A stretch of DNA of 64,000 bases from positions 735-64,734 of the forward strand of contig JBHGNT010000149.1 in assembly GCA_043228905.1 (NCBI GenBank), in the 5' to 3' direction. The notes under the pieces are model-generated. The model did no database searches, was not told the DNA's origin, and was given only the letters and a program-made list of their open reading frames with translations. A program made the translations under genes and the position numbers. This document shows positions 1 to 13,989 of the stretch, in pieces. The DNA comes from Azolla caroliniana (taxonomy: Eukaryota > Plantae > Polypodiophyta). Numbering within the stretch: position 1 is the stretch's first letter; the number at the start of each line of letters is the position of its first letter.

Positions 1-3000
1 AGATTTTGAAACTCAGGTCGAGAGATATGAAGAAATTAGCAATCTTGAGGAGGGAGTTGAGAGGAGCCCTTGAGTACATTAAAATGTTCATACCTGGCGC
101 GTGTGATATCGGATTTTTGTGTTCAAACATGCGAATCGAAGCTAACAACGCTAGCTATTATATGGAACTAAAAAATCAAGATTTTGAAACTCAGGTCCAG
201 AAATATGAAGAAATTAGCAATCTTGAGGAGGGAGTTGAGAGGAGCCCTTGAGTACATTAAAATGTTCATACCTGGCTCGTGTGATATCGGATTTTTGTGT
301 TCAAACATGCGAATCGAAGCTAACAATGCTAGCTATGACATGGTATTAAAAAATCAAGATTTTGAAACTCAAGTCGAGAGATATGAAGAAATTAGCAATC
401 TTGAGGAGGGAGTTGAGAGGAGCCCTTGAGTAAATTAAAATGTTCATACCTGGCTCGTGTGATATCGGATTTTTGTGTTCAACCATGCGAATCAAAGCTA
501 ACAACGCTACCTATGATATGGAACTAAAAAATCATGATTTTGAAACTCAGGTCAAGAGATATGAAGAAATTAGCAATGTTGAGGAGGGAGTTGAGAGGAG
601 CCCTTGAGTACATTAAAATGTTCATACCTGGCGCGTGTGATATCGGATTTTTGTGTTCAGACATGCGAATCGAAGCTAACAACGCTAGCTATTCTATGGA
701 ACTAAAAAATCATGATTTTGAAACTCAGGTCAAGAGATATGAAGAAATTAGCAATGTTGAGGAGGGAGTTGAGAGGAGCCCTTGAGTACATTAAAATGTT
801 CATACCTGACGAAATTACCTAATTTGAGGAGGGAGTTGAGACGACCTAGTAGGTAAATTAAAATGTTCATACCTGGCTCGTGTGATATCGGATTTTTGTG
901 TTCAAACATGCGAATCGAAGCTAACAACGCTAGCTATGATATGGTATTAAAAAATCATGATTTTGAAACTCAGGTCGAGAGACATGACGAAATTACCAAA
1001 TTGGAGGAGGGAGTTGCGAGGAGCCCTTGAGTATATTAAAATGTTCATACCTGGCGCGTGTGATATCGGATTTTTGTGTTCCAACATGCGAATCGAAGCT
1101 AACAACGCTAGCTATGATATGGTATTAAAAAATCAAGATTTTGAAACTCAGGTCGAGAGACATGAAGAAATTAACAATTTTGAGGAGGGAGTTGAGAGGA
1201 GCCCTTGAGTAAATTAAAATGTTCATACCTGGCTCGTGTGATATCGGTTTTTTGTGTTCAAACATGCGAATCGAAGATAAAAACGCTAGCTATGATATGG
1301 TATTCAAAAATCATGATTTCGAATTTGAGGTCGAGAGACATGAAGAAATTAGCAATCTTGAGGAGGGAGTTGCGAGGAGCCCTTGAGTACATTAAAATGT
1401 TCATACCTGGCTCGTGTGATATCGGATTTTTGTGTTCAAACATGCGAATCGAAGCTCACAACGCTAGCTATTATATGGAACTAAAAAATCAAGATTTTTA
1501 AACTCAGGTCGAGAAATATGAAGAAATTAGCAATCTTGAGGAGGGAGTTGAGAGGAGCCCTTGAGTACATTAAAATGTTCATACCTGGCTCGTGTGATAT
1601 CGGATTTTTGTGTTCAAACATGTGAATCGAAGCTAACAACGCTAGCTATTCTATGGAACTAAAAAATCAAGATTTTGAAACTCAGGTCGAGAGATATGAA
1701 GAAATTAGCAATCTTGAGGAGGGAGTTGAGAGGAGCCCTTGAGTACATTAAAATGTTCATACCTGGCGCGTGTGATATCGGATGTTTGTGTTCAAACATG
1801 TGAATCGAAGCTAACAACGCTAGCTATTCTATGGAACTAAAAAATCAAGATTTTGAAACTCAGGTCGAGAGATATGAAGAAATTAGCAATCTTGAGGAGG
1901 GAGTTGAGAGGAGCCCTTGAGTACATTAAAATGTTCATACCTGGCGCGTGTGATATCGGATTTTTGTGTTCAAACATGCGAATCGAAGCTAACAACGCTA
2001 CCTATGATATGGAACTAAAAAATCAAGATTTTGAAACTCAGGTCCAGAAATATGAAGAAATTAGCAATCTTGAGGAGGGAGTTGAGAGGAGCCCTTGAGT
2101 ACATTAAAATGTTCATACCTGGCTCGTGTGATATCGGATTTTTGTGTTCAAACATGCGAATCGAAGCTAACAATGCTAGCTATGACATGGTATTAAAAAA
2201 TCAAGATTTTGAAACTCAAGTCGAGAGATATGAAGAAATTAGCAATCTTGAGGAGGGAGTTGAGAGGAGCCCTTGAGTAAATTAAAATGTTCATACCTGG
2301 CTCGTGTGATATCGGATTTTTGTGTTCAACCATGCGAATCAAAGCTAACAACGCTACCTATGATATGGAACTAAAAAATCATGATTTTGAAACTCAGGTC
2401 AAGAGATATGAAGAAATTAGCAATGTTGAGGAGGGAGTTGAGAGGAGCCCTTGAGTACATTAAAATGTTCATACCTGGCGCGTGTGATATCTGATTTTTG
2501 TGTTCAAACATGCGAATCGAAGCTAACAACGCTAGCTATTATATGGAACTAAAAAGTCAAGATTTTGAAACTCAGGTCGAGAGATATGAAGAAATTAGCA
2601 ATCTTGAGGAGGGAGTTGAGAGGAGCCCTTGAGTACATTAAAATGTTCATACCTGGCGCGTGTGATATCGGATTTTTGTGTTCAGACATGCGAATCGAAG
2701 CTAACAACGCTAGCTATTCTATGGAACTAAAAAATCAAGATTTTGAAATTGAGGTCGAGAGACATGAAGAAATTAGCAATCTTGAGGAGGGAGTTGAGAG
2801 GAGCCCTTGAGTATATTAAAATGTTTATACCTGGCTCGTGTGATATCGGCTTTTTGTGTTCAAACATGCGAATCGAAGCTAACAACGCTAGCTATGACAT
2901 GGTATTAAAAAATCAAGATTTTGACACTCAGGTCGAGAGACATGACGAAATTAGCAATCTTGAGGAGGGAGTTGAGAGGAGCCCTTGAGTAAATTAAAAT

Positions 3001-6000
3001 GTTCATACCTGGCTCGTGTGATATCGGATTTTTGTGTTCAACCATGCGAATCAAAGCTAACAACGCTACCTATGATATGAAACTAAAAAATCATGATTTT
3101 GAAACTCATGTCAAGAGATATGAAGAAATTAGCAATGTTGAGGAGGGAGTTGAGAGGAGCCCTTGAGTACATTAAAATGTTCATACCTGGCGCATGTGAT
3201 ATCTGATTTTTGTGTTCAAACATGCGAATCGAAGCTAACAACGCTAGCTATTATATGGAACTAAAAAGTCAAGATTTTGAAACTCAGGTCGAGAGATATG
3301 AAGAAATTAGCAATCTTGAGGAGGGAGTTGAGAGGAGCCCTTGAGTACATTAAAATGTTCATACCTGGCGCGTGTGATATCGGATTTTTGTGTTCAGACA
3401 TGCGAATCGAAGCTAACAACGCTAGCTATTCTATGGAACTAAAAAATCAAGATTTTGAAATTGAGGTCGAGAGACATGAAGAAATTAGCAATCTTGAGGA
3501 GGGAGTTGAGAGGAGCCCTTGAGTAAATTAAAATGTTCATACCTGGCTCGTGTGATATCGGATTTTTGTGTTCAAACATGCGAATCGAAGCTAACAACGC
3601 TAGCTATGATATGGTATTAAAAAATCATGATTTTGAAACTCAGGTCGAGAGACATGACGAAATTACCAAATTGGAGGAGGGAGTTGCGAGGAGCCCTTGA
3701 GTATATTAAAATGTTCATACCTGGCGCGTGTGATATCGGATTTTTGTGTTCCAACATGCGAATCGAAGCTAACAACGCTAGCTATGATATGGTATTAAAA
3801 AATCAAGATTTTGAAACTCAGGTCGAGAGACATGAAGAAATTAACAATTTTGAGGAGGGAGTTGAGAGGAGCCCTTGAGTAAATTAAAATGTTCATACCT
3901 GGCTCGTGTGATATCGGTTTTTTGTGTTCAAACATGCGAATCGAAGCTAAAAACGCTAGCTATGATATGGTATTCAAAAATCATGATTTCGAATTTGAGG
4001 TCGAGAGACATGAAGAAATTAGCAATCTTGAGGAGGGAGTTGCGAGGAGCCCTTGAGTACATTAAAATGTTCATACCTGGCTCGTTTGATATCGGATTTT
4101 TGTGTTCAAACATGCGAATCGAAGCTCACAACGCTAGCTATTATATGGAACTAAAAAATCAAGATTTTGAAACTCAGGTCGAGAAATATGAAGAAATTAG
4201 CAATCCTGAGGAGGGAGTTGAGAGGAGCCCTTGAGTACATTAAAATGTTCATACCTGGCTCGTGTGATATCGGATTTTTGTGTTCAAACATGTGAATCGA
4301 AGCTAACAACGCTAGCTATTCTATGGAACTAAAAAATCAAGATTTTGAAACTCAGGTCGAGAGATATGAAGAAATTAGCAATCTTGAGGAGGGAGTTGAG
4401 AGGAGCCCTTGAGTACATTAAAATGTTCATACCTGGCGCGTGTGATATCGGATTTTTGTGTTCAAACATGCGAATCGAAGCTAACAACGCTAGCTATTAT
4501 ATGGAACTAAAAAATCAAGATTTTGAAACTCAGGTCCAGAAATATGAAGAAATTAGCAATCTTGAGGAGGGAGTTGAGAGGAGCCCTTGAGTACATTAAA
4601 ATGTTCATACCTGGCTCGTGTGATATCGGATTTTTGTGTTCAAACATGCGAATCGAAGCTAACAATGCTAGCTATGACATGGTATTAAAAAATCAAGATT
4701 TTGAAACTCAAGTCGAGAGATATGAAGAAATTAGCAATCTTGAGGAGGGAGTTGAGAGGAGCCCTTGAGTAAATTAAAATGTTCATACCTGGCTCGTGTG
4801 ATATCGGATTTTTGTGTTCAACCATGCGAATCAAAGCTAACAACGCTACCTATGATATGGAACTAAAAAATCATGATTTTGAAACTCAGGTCAAGAGATA
4901 TGAAGAAATTAGCAATGTTGAGGAGGGAGTTGAGAGGAGCCCTTGAGTACATTAAAATGTTCATACCTGGCGCGTGTGATATCGGATTTTTGTGTTCAGA
5001 CATGCGAATCGAAGCTAACAACGCTAGCTATTCTATGGAACTAAAAAATCATGATTTTGAAACTCAGGTCAAGAGATATGAAGAAATTAGCAATGTTGAG
5101 GAGGGAGTTGAGAGGAGCCCTTGAGTACATTAAAATGTTCATACCTGACGAAATTACCTAATTTGAGGAGGGAGTTGAGACGACCTAGTAGGTAAATTAA
5201 AATGTTCATACCTGGCTCGTGTGATATCGGATTTTTGTGTTCAAACATGCGAATCGAAGCTAACAACGCTAGCTATGATATGGTATTAAAAAATCATGAT
5301 TTTGAAACTCAGGTCGAGAGACATGATGAAATTACCAAATTGGAGGAGGGAGTTGCGAGGAGCCCTTGAGTATATTAAAATGTTCATACCTGGCGCGTGT
5401 GATATCGGATTTTTGTGTTCCAACATGCGAATCGAAGCTAACAACGCTAGCTATGATATGGTATTAAAAAATCAAGATTTTGAAACTCAGGTCGAGAGAC
5501 ATGAAGAAATTAACAATTTTGAGGAGGGAGTTGAGAGGAGCCCTTGAGTAAATTAAAATGTTCATACCTGGCTCGTGTGATATCGGTTTTTTGTGTTCAA
5601 ACATGCGAATCGAAGATAAAAACGCTAGCTATGATATGGTATTCAAAAATCATGATTTCGAATTTGAGGTCGAGAGACATGAAGAAATTAGCAATCTTGA
5701 GGAGGGAGTTGCGAGGAGCCCTTGAGTACATTAAAATGTTCATACCTGGCTCGTGTGATATCGGATTTTTGTGTTCAAACATGCGAATCGAAGCTCACAA
5801 CGCTAGCTATTATATGGAACTAAAAAATCAAGATTTTTAAACTCAGGTCGAGAAATATGAAGAAATTAGCAATCTTGAGGAGGGAGTTGAGAGGAGCCCT
5901 TGAGTACATTAAAATGTTCATACCTGGCTCGTGTGATATCGGATTTTTGTGTTCAAACATGTGAATCGAAGCTAACAACGCTAGCTATTCTATGGAACTA

Positions 6001-9000
6001 AAAAATCAAGATTTTGAAACTCAGGTCGAGAAATATGAAGAAATTAGCAATCTTGAGGAGGGAGTTGAGAGGAGCCCTTGAGTACATTAAAATGTTCATA
6101 CCTGGCGCGTGTGATATCGGATGTTTGTGTTCAAACATGTGAATCGAAGCTAACAACGCTAGCTATTCTATGGAACTAAAAAATCAAGATTTTGAAACTC
6201 AGGTCGAGAGATATGAAGAAATTAGCAATCTTGAGGAGGGAGTTGAGAGGAGCCCTTGAGTACATTAAAATGTTCATACCTGGCGCGTGTGATATCTGAT
6301 TTTTGTGTTCAAACATGCGAATCGAAGCTAACAACGCTAGCTATTATATGGAACTAAAAAGTCAAGATTTTGAAACTCAGGTCGAGAGATATGAAGAAAT
6401 TAGCAATCTTGAGGAGGGAGTTGAGAGGAGCCCTTGAGTACATTAAAATGTTCATACCTGGCGCGTGTGATATCGGATTTTTGTGTTCAAACATGCGAAT
6501 CGAAGCTAACAATGCTAGCTATGACATGGTATTAAAAAATCAAGATTTTGAAACTCAGGTCGAGAGATATGAAGAAATTAGCAATCTTGAGGAGGGAGTT
6601 GAGAGGAGCCCTTGAGTAAATTAAAATGTTCATACCTGGCTCGTGTGATATCGGATTTTTGTGTTCAAACATGTGAATCGAAGCTAACAACGCTAGCTAT
6701 TCTATGGAACTAAAAAATCAAGATTTTGAAACTCAGGTCGAGAGATATGAAGAAATTAGCAATCTTGAGGAGTGAGTTGAGAGGAGCCCTTGAGTACATT
6801 AAAATGTTCATACCTGGCTCGTGTGATATCGGATTTTTGTGTTCAAACATGCGAATCGAAGCTAACAATGCTAGCTATTATATGGAACTGAAAAATCAAG
6901 ATTTTGAAACTCAGGTCGAGAGATATGAAGAAATTAGCAATCTTGAGGAGGGAGTTGAGAGGAGCCCTTGAGTACATTAAAATGTTCATACCTGGCGCGT
7001 GTGATATCTGATTTTTGTGTTCAAACATGCGAATCGAAGCTAACAACGCTAGCTATTATATGGAACTAAAAAGTCAAGATTTTGAAACTCAGGTCGAGAG
7101 ATATGAAGAAATTAGCAATCTTGAGGAGGGAGTTGAGAGGAGCCCTTGAGTACATTAAAATGTTCATACCTGGCGCGTGTGATATCGGATTTTTGTGTTC
7201 AGACATGCGAATCGAAGCTAACAACGCTAGCTATTCTATGGAACTAAAAAATCAAGATTTTGAAATTGAGGTCGAGAGACATGAAGAAATTAGCAATCTT
7301 GAGGAGGGAGTTGAGAGGAGCCCTTGAGTAAATTAAAATGTTCATACCTGGCGCGTGTGATATCGGATGTTTGTGTTCAAACGTGGGAATCGAAGCTAAC
7401 AACGTTAGCTATGACATGGTATTAAAAAATCAAGATTTTGAAACTCAAGTCGAGAGACATAACGAAATTACCTAATTTGAGGAGTGAGTTGAGAAGACCT
7501 AGTATGTAAATTAAAATGTTCATACCTGGCTCGTGTGATATCGGATTTTTGTGTTCAAACATGCGAATCGAAGCTAACAACAGTAGCTATTATATGGAAC
7601 TAAAAAATCAAGATTTTGAAACTCAGGTCCAGAAATATGAAGAAATTAGCAATCTTGAGGAGGGAGTTGAGAGGAGCCCTTGAGTACATTAAAATGTTCA
7701 TACCTGGCTCGTGTGATATCGGATTTTTGTGTTCAAACATGCGAATCGAAGCTAACAATGCTAGCTATGACATGGTATTAAAAAATCAAGATTTTGAAAC
7801 TCAAGTCCAGAGACATGACGAAATTACCTAATTTGAGGAGGGAGTTGAGAAGACCTAGTAGGTAAATTAAAATGTTCATACCTGGCTCGTGTGATATCGG
7901 ATTTTTGTGTTCAAACATGCGAATCGAAGCTAACAACGCTAGTTATTCTATGGAACTAAAAAATCAAGATTTTGAAACTCAGGTCGAGAAATATGAAGAA
8001 ATTAGCAATCTTGAGGAGGGAGTTGAGAGGAGCCCTTGAGTACATTAAAATGTTCATACCTGGCTCGTGTGATATCGGATTTTTGTGTTCAAACATGTGA
8101 ATCGAAGCTAACAATGCTAGCTATGACATGGTATTAAAAAATCAAGATTTTGAAACTCAAGTTGAGAGACATGACGAAATTACCTAATTTGAGGAGGGAG
8201 TTGAGACGACCTAGTAGGTAAATTAAAATGTTCATACCTGGCTCGTGTGATATCGGATTTTTGTGTTCAAACATGCGAATCAAAGCTAACAACGCTAGCT
8301 ATGATATGGAACTAAAAAATCAAGATTTTAAAAGTCAGGTCGAGAGATATGAATAAATTAGCAATCTTGAGGAGGGAGTTGAGAGGAGCCCTTGAGTACA
8401 TTAAAATGTTCATACCTGGCTCGTGTGATATCGGATTTTTGTGTTCAAACATGCGAATCGAAGCTAACATTGCTAGCTATGACATGGTATTAAAAAATCA
8501 AGATTTTGAAACTCAAGTCGAGAGATATGAAGAAATTAGCAATCTTGAGGAGGGAGTTGAGAGGAGCCCTTGCGTAAATTAAAATGTTCATACCTGGCTC
8601 GTGTGATATCGGATTTTTGTGTTCAAACATGCGAATCGAAGCTAACAATGCTAGCTATGACATGGTATTAAAAAATCAAGATTTTGAAACTCAGGTCGAG
8701 AGATATGAAGAAATTAGCAATCTTGAGGAGGGAGTTGAGAGGAGCCCTTGAGTAAATTAAAATGTTCATACCTGGCTCGTGTGATATCGGATTTTTGTGT
8801 TCAAACATGCGAATCGAAGCTAACAACGCTAGCTATGACATGGTATTAAAAAATCAAGATTTTGACACTCAGGTCGAGAGACATGACGAAATTAGCAATC
8901 TTGAGGAGGGAGTTGAGAGGAGCCCTTGAGTAAATTAAAATGTTCATACCTGGCGCGTGTGATATCGGATGTTTGTGTTCAAACGTGGGAATCGAAGCTA

Positions 9001-12000
9001 ACAACGTTAGCTATGACATGGTATTAAAAAATCAAGATTTTGAAACTCAAGTCGAGAGACATAACGAAATTACCTAATTTGAGGAGTGAGTTGAGAAGAC
9101 CTAGTATGTAAATTAAAATGTTCATACCTGGCTCGTGTGATATCGGATTTTTGTGTTCAAACATGCGAATCGAAGCTAACAACAGTAGCTATTATATGGA
9201 ACTAAAAAATCAAGATTTTGAAACTCAGGTCCAGAAATATGAAGAAATTAGCAATCTTGAGGAGGGAGTTGAGAGGAGCCCTTGAGTACATTAAAATGTT
9301 CATACCTGGCTCGTGTGATATCGGATTTTTGTGTTCAAACATGCGAATCGAAGCTAACAATGCTAGCTATGACATGGTATTAAAAAATCAAGATTTTGAA
9401 ACTCAAGTCCAGAGACATGACGAAATTACCTAATTTGAGGAGGGAGTTGAGAAGACCTAGTAGGTAAATTAAAATGTTCATACCTGGCTCGTGTGATATC
9501 GGATTTTTGTGTTCAAACATGTGAATCGAAGCTAACAACGCTAGCTATTCTATGGAACTAAAAAATCAAGATTTTGAAACTCAGGTCGAGAGATATGAAG
9601 AAATTAGCAATCTTGAGGAGGGAGTTGAGAGGAGCCCTTGAGTACATTAAAATGTTCATACCTGGCGCGTGTGATATCGGATTTTTGTGTTCAAACATGC
9701 GAATCGAAGCTAACAACGCTACCTATGATATGGAACTAAAAAATCAAGATTTTGAAACTCAGGTCCAGAAATATGAAGAAATTAGCAATCTTGAGGAGGG
9801 AGTTGAGAGGAGCCCTTGAGTACATTAAAATGTTCATACCTGGCTCGTGTGATATCGGATTTTTGTGTTCAAACATGCGAATCGAAGCTAACAATGCTAG
9901 CTATGACATGGTATTAAAAAATCAAGATTTTGAAACTCAAGTCGAGAGATATGAAGAAATTAGCAATCTTGAGGAGGGAGTTGAGAGGAGCCCTTGAGTA
10001 AATTAAAATGTTCATACCTGGCTCGTGTGATATCGGATTTTTGTGTTCAACCATGCGAATCAAAGCTAACAACGCTACCTATGATATGGAACTAAAAAAT
10101 CATGATTTTGAAACTCAGGTCAAGAGATATGAAGAAATTAGCAATGTTGAGGAGGGAGTTGAGAGGAGCCCTTGAGTACATTAAAATGTTCATACCTGGC
10201 GCGTGTGATATCTGATTTTTGTGTTCAAACATGCGAATCGAAGCTAACAACGCTAGCTATTATATGGAACTAAAAAGTCAAGATTTTGAAACTCAGGTCG
10301 AGAGATATGAAGAAATTAGCAATCTTGAGGAGGGAGTTGAGAGGAGCCCTTGAGTACATTAAAATGTTCATACCTGGCGCGTGTGATATCGGATTTTTGT
10401 GTTCAGACATGCGAATCGAAGCTAACAACGCTAGCTATTCTATGGAACTAAAAAATCAAGATTTTGAAATTGAGGTCGAGAGACATGAAGAAATTAGCAA
10501 TCTTGAGGAGGGAGTTGAGAGGAGCCCTTGAGTATATTAAAATGTTTATACCTGGCTCGTGTGATATCGGCTTTTTGTGTTCAAACATGCGAATCGAAGC
10601 TAACAACGCTAGCTATGACATGGTATTAAAAAATCAAGATTTTGACACTCAGGTCGAGAGACATGACGAAATTAGCAATCTTGAGGAGGGAGTTGAGAGG
10701 AGCCCTTGAGTAAATTAAAATGTTCATACCTGGCTCGTGTGATATCGGATTTTTGTGTTCAACCATGCGAATCAAAGCTAACAACGCTACCTATGATATG
10801 AAACTAAAAAATCATGATTTTGAAACTCAGGTCAAGAGATATGAAGAAATTAGCAATGTTGAGGAGGGAGTTGAGAGGAGCCCTTGAGTACATTAAAATG
10901 TTCATACCTGGCGCGTGTGATATCTGATTTTTGTGTTCAAACATGCGAATCGAAGCTAACAACGCTAGCTATTATATGGAACTAAAAAGTCAAGATTTTG
11001 AAACTCAGGTCGAGAGATATGAAGAAATTAGCAATCTTGAGGAGGGAGTTGAGAGGAGCCCTTGAGTACATTAAAATGTTCATACCTGGCGCGTGTGATA
11101 TCGGATTTTTGTGTTCAGACATGCGAATCGAAGCTAACAACGCTAGCTATTCTATGGAACTAAAAAATCAAGATTTTGAAATTGAGGTCGAGAGACATGA
11201 AGAAATTAGCAATCTTGAGGAGGGAGTTGAGAGGAGCCCTTGAGTAAATTAAAATGTTCATACCTGGCTCGTGTGATATCGGATTTTTGTGTTCAAACAT
11301 GCGAATCGAAGCTAACAACGCTAGCTATGATATGGTATTAAAAAATCATGATTTTGAAACTCAGGTCGAGAGACATGACGAAATTACCAAATTGGAGGAG
11401 GGAGTTGCGAGGAGCCCTTGAGTATATTAAAATGTTCATACCTGGCGCGTGTGATATCGGATTTTTGTGTTCCAACATGCGAATCGAAGCTAACAACGCT
11501 AGCTATGATATGGTATTAAAAAATCAAGATTTTGAAACTCAGGTCGAGAGACATGAAGAAATTAACAATTTTGAGGAGGGAGTTGAGAGGAGCCCTTGAG
11601 TAAATTAAAATGTTCATACCTGGCTCGTGTGATATCGGTTTTTTGTGTTCAAACATGCGAATCGAAGCTAAAAACGCTAGCTATGATATGGTATTCAAAA
11701 ATCATGATTTCGAATTTGAGGTCGAGAGACATGAAGAAATTAGCAATCTTGAGGAGGGAGTTGCGAGGAGCCCTTGAGTACATTAAAATGTTCATACCTG
11801 GCTCGTGTGATATCGGATTTTTGTGTTCAAACATGCGAATCGAAGCTCACAACGCTAGCTATTATATGGAACTAAAAAATCAAGATTTTGAAACTCAGGT
11901 CGAGAAATATGAAGAAATTAGCAATCTTGAGGAGGGAGTTGAGAGGAGCCCTTGAGTACATTAAAATGTTCATACCTGGCTCGTGTGATATCGGATTTTT

Positions 12001-13730
12001 GTGTTCAAACATGCGAATCGAAGCTAACAATGCTAGCTATTATATGGAACTAAAAAATCAAGATTTTGAAACTCAGGTCTAGAGATATGAAGAAATTAGC
12101 AATCTTGAGGAGGGAGTTGAGAGGAGCCCTTGAGTACATTAAAATGTTCATACCTGGCGCGTGTGATATCGGATTTTTGTGTTCAAACATGCGAATCGAA
12201 GCTAACAACGCTAGCTATTATATGGAACTAAAAAATCAAGATTTTGAAACTCAGGTCCAGAAATATGAAGAAATTAGCAATCTTGAGGAGGGAGTTGAGA
12301 GGAGCCCTTGAGTACATTAAAATGTTCATACCTGGCTCGTGTGATATCGGATTTTTGTGTTCAAACATGCGAATCGAAGCTAACAATGCTAGCTATGACA
12401 TGGTATTAAAAAATCAAGATTTTGAAACTCAAGTCGAGAGATATGAAGAAATTAGCAATCTTGAGGAGGGAGTTGAGAGGAGCCCTTGAGTAAATTAAAA
12501 TGTTCATACCTGGCTCGTGTGATATCGGATTTTTGTGTTCAACCATGCGAATCAAAGCTAACAACGCTACCTATGATATGGAACTAAAAAATCATGATTT
12601 TGAAACTCAGGTCAAGAGATATGAAGAAATTAGCAATGTTGAGGAGGGAGTTGAGAGGAGCCCTTGAGTACATTAAAATGTTCATACCTGGCGCGTGTGA
12701 TATCGGATTTTTGTGTTCAGACATGCGAATCGAAGCTAACAACGCTAGCTATTCTATGGAACTAAAAAATCATGATTTTGAAACTCAGGTCAAGAGATAT
12801 GAAGAAATTAGCAATGTTGAGGAGGGAGTTGAGAGGAGCCCTTGAGTACATTAAAATGTTCATACCTGACGAAATTACCTAATTTGAGGAGGGAGTTGAG
12901 ACGACCTAGTAGGTAAATTAAAATGTTCATACCTGGCTCGTGTGATATCGGATTTTTGTGTTCAAACATGCGAATCGAAGCTAACAACGCTAGCTATGAT
13001 ATGGTATTAAAAAATCATGATTTTGAAACTCAGGTCGAGAGACATGACGAAATTACCAAATTGGAGGAGGGAGTTGCGAGGAGCCCTTGAGTATATTAAA
13101 ATGTTCATACCTGGCGCGTGTGATATCGGATTTTTGTGTTCCAACATGCGAATCGAAGCTAACAACGCTAGCTATGATATGGTATTAAAAAATCAAGATT
13201 TTGAAACTCAGGTCGAGAGACATGAAGAAATTAACAATTTTGAGGAGGGAGTTGAGAGGAGCCCTTGAGTAAATTAAAATGTTCATACCTGGCTCGTGTG
13301 ATATCGGTTTTTTGTGTTCAAACATGCGAATCGAAGCTAAAAACGCTAGCTATGATATGGTATTCAAAAATCATGATTTCGAATTTGAGGTCGAGAGACA
13401 TGAAGAAATTAGCAATCTTGAGGAGGGAGTTGCGAGGAGCCCTTGAGTACATTAAAATGTTCATACCTGGCTCGTGTGATATCGGATTTTTGTGTTCAAA
13501 CATGCGAATCGAAGCTCACAACGCTAGCTATTATATGGAACTAAAAAATCAAGATTTTTAAACTCAGGTCGAGAAATATGAAGAAATTAGCAATCTTGAG
13601 GAGGGAGTTGAGAGGAGCCCTTGAGTACATTAAAATGTTCATACCTGGCTCGTGTAATATCGGATTTTTGTGTTCAAACATGTGAATCGAAGCTAACAAC
13701 GCTAGCTATTCTATGGAACTAAAAAATCAA
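1..13730 (+). repeat. Nested higher-order duplications with offsets of 4339 bp (24x178+67) and 7721 bp (43x178+67)
   Basis: The 67-bp monomer occurs at 809, 5148 and 12869. Variant order matches at 957/5296/13017, 1205/5544/13265 and 1853/9574 through 3875/11596. Boundaries are approximate. Confidence 0.85.
809..875 (+). repeat. 67-bp truncated monomer (111-bp deletion); 7 copies starting at 809, 5148, 12869, 14538, 17280, 17881 and 35079
   Basis: The junction CATACCTG|ACGAAATTACC joins ...CATACCTG(gc) to (gagacaTG)ACGAAATT... through a shared TG. The local period becomes 178+67. Confidence 0.93.
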
Positions 13731-13989
13731 GATTTTGAAACTCAGGTCGAGAGATATGAAGAAATTAGCAATCTTGAGGAGGGAGTTGAGAGGAGCCCTT
13801 GAGTACATTAAAATGTTCATACCTGGCGCGTGTGATATCGGTTTTTTGTGTTCAAACATGCGAATCGAAGCTAACAACGCTAGCTATTATATGGAACTAA
13901 AAAATCAAGATTTTGAAACTCAGGTCCAGAAATATGAAGAAATTAGCAATCTTGAGGAGGGAGTTGAGAGGAGCCCTTGAGTACATTAA

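Noticed and set aside
46-66. GAGGAGG as a Shine-Dalgarno or promoter element, or a strong G-quadruplex motif
   Set aside because: It lies in plant satellite DNA with no downstream gene, and only one GGG run is present, too few for a canonical G4.
1-178. Identification as Arabidopsis thaliana CEN178/CEN180
   Set aside because: Only the length matches. I see no sequence resemblance to that consensus, and no family name can be supported without a database search.
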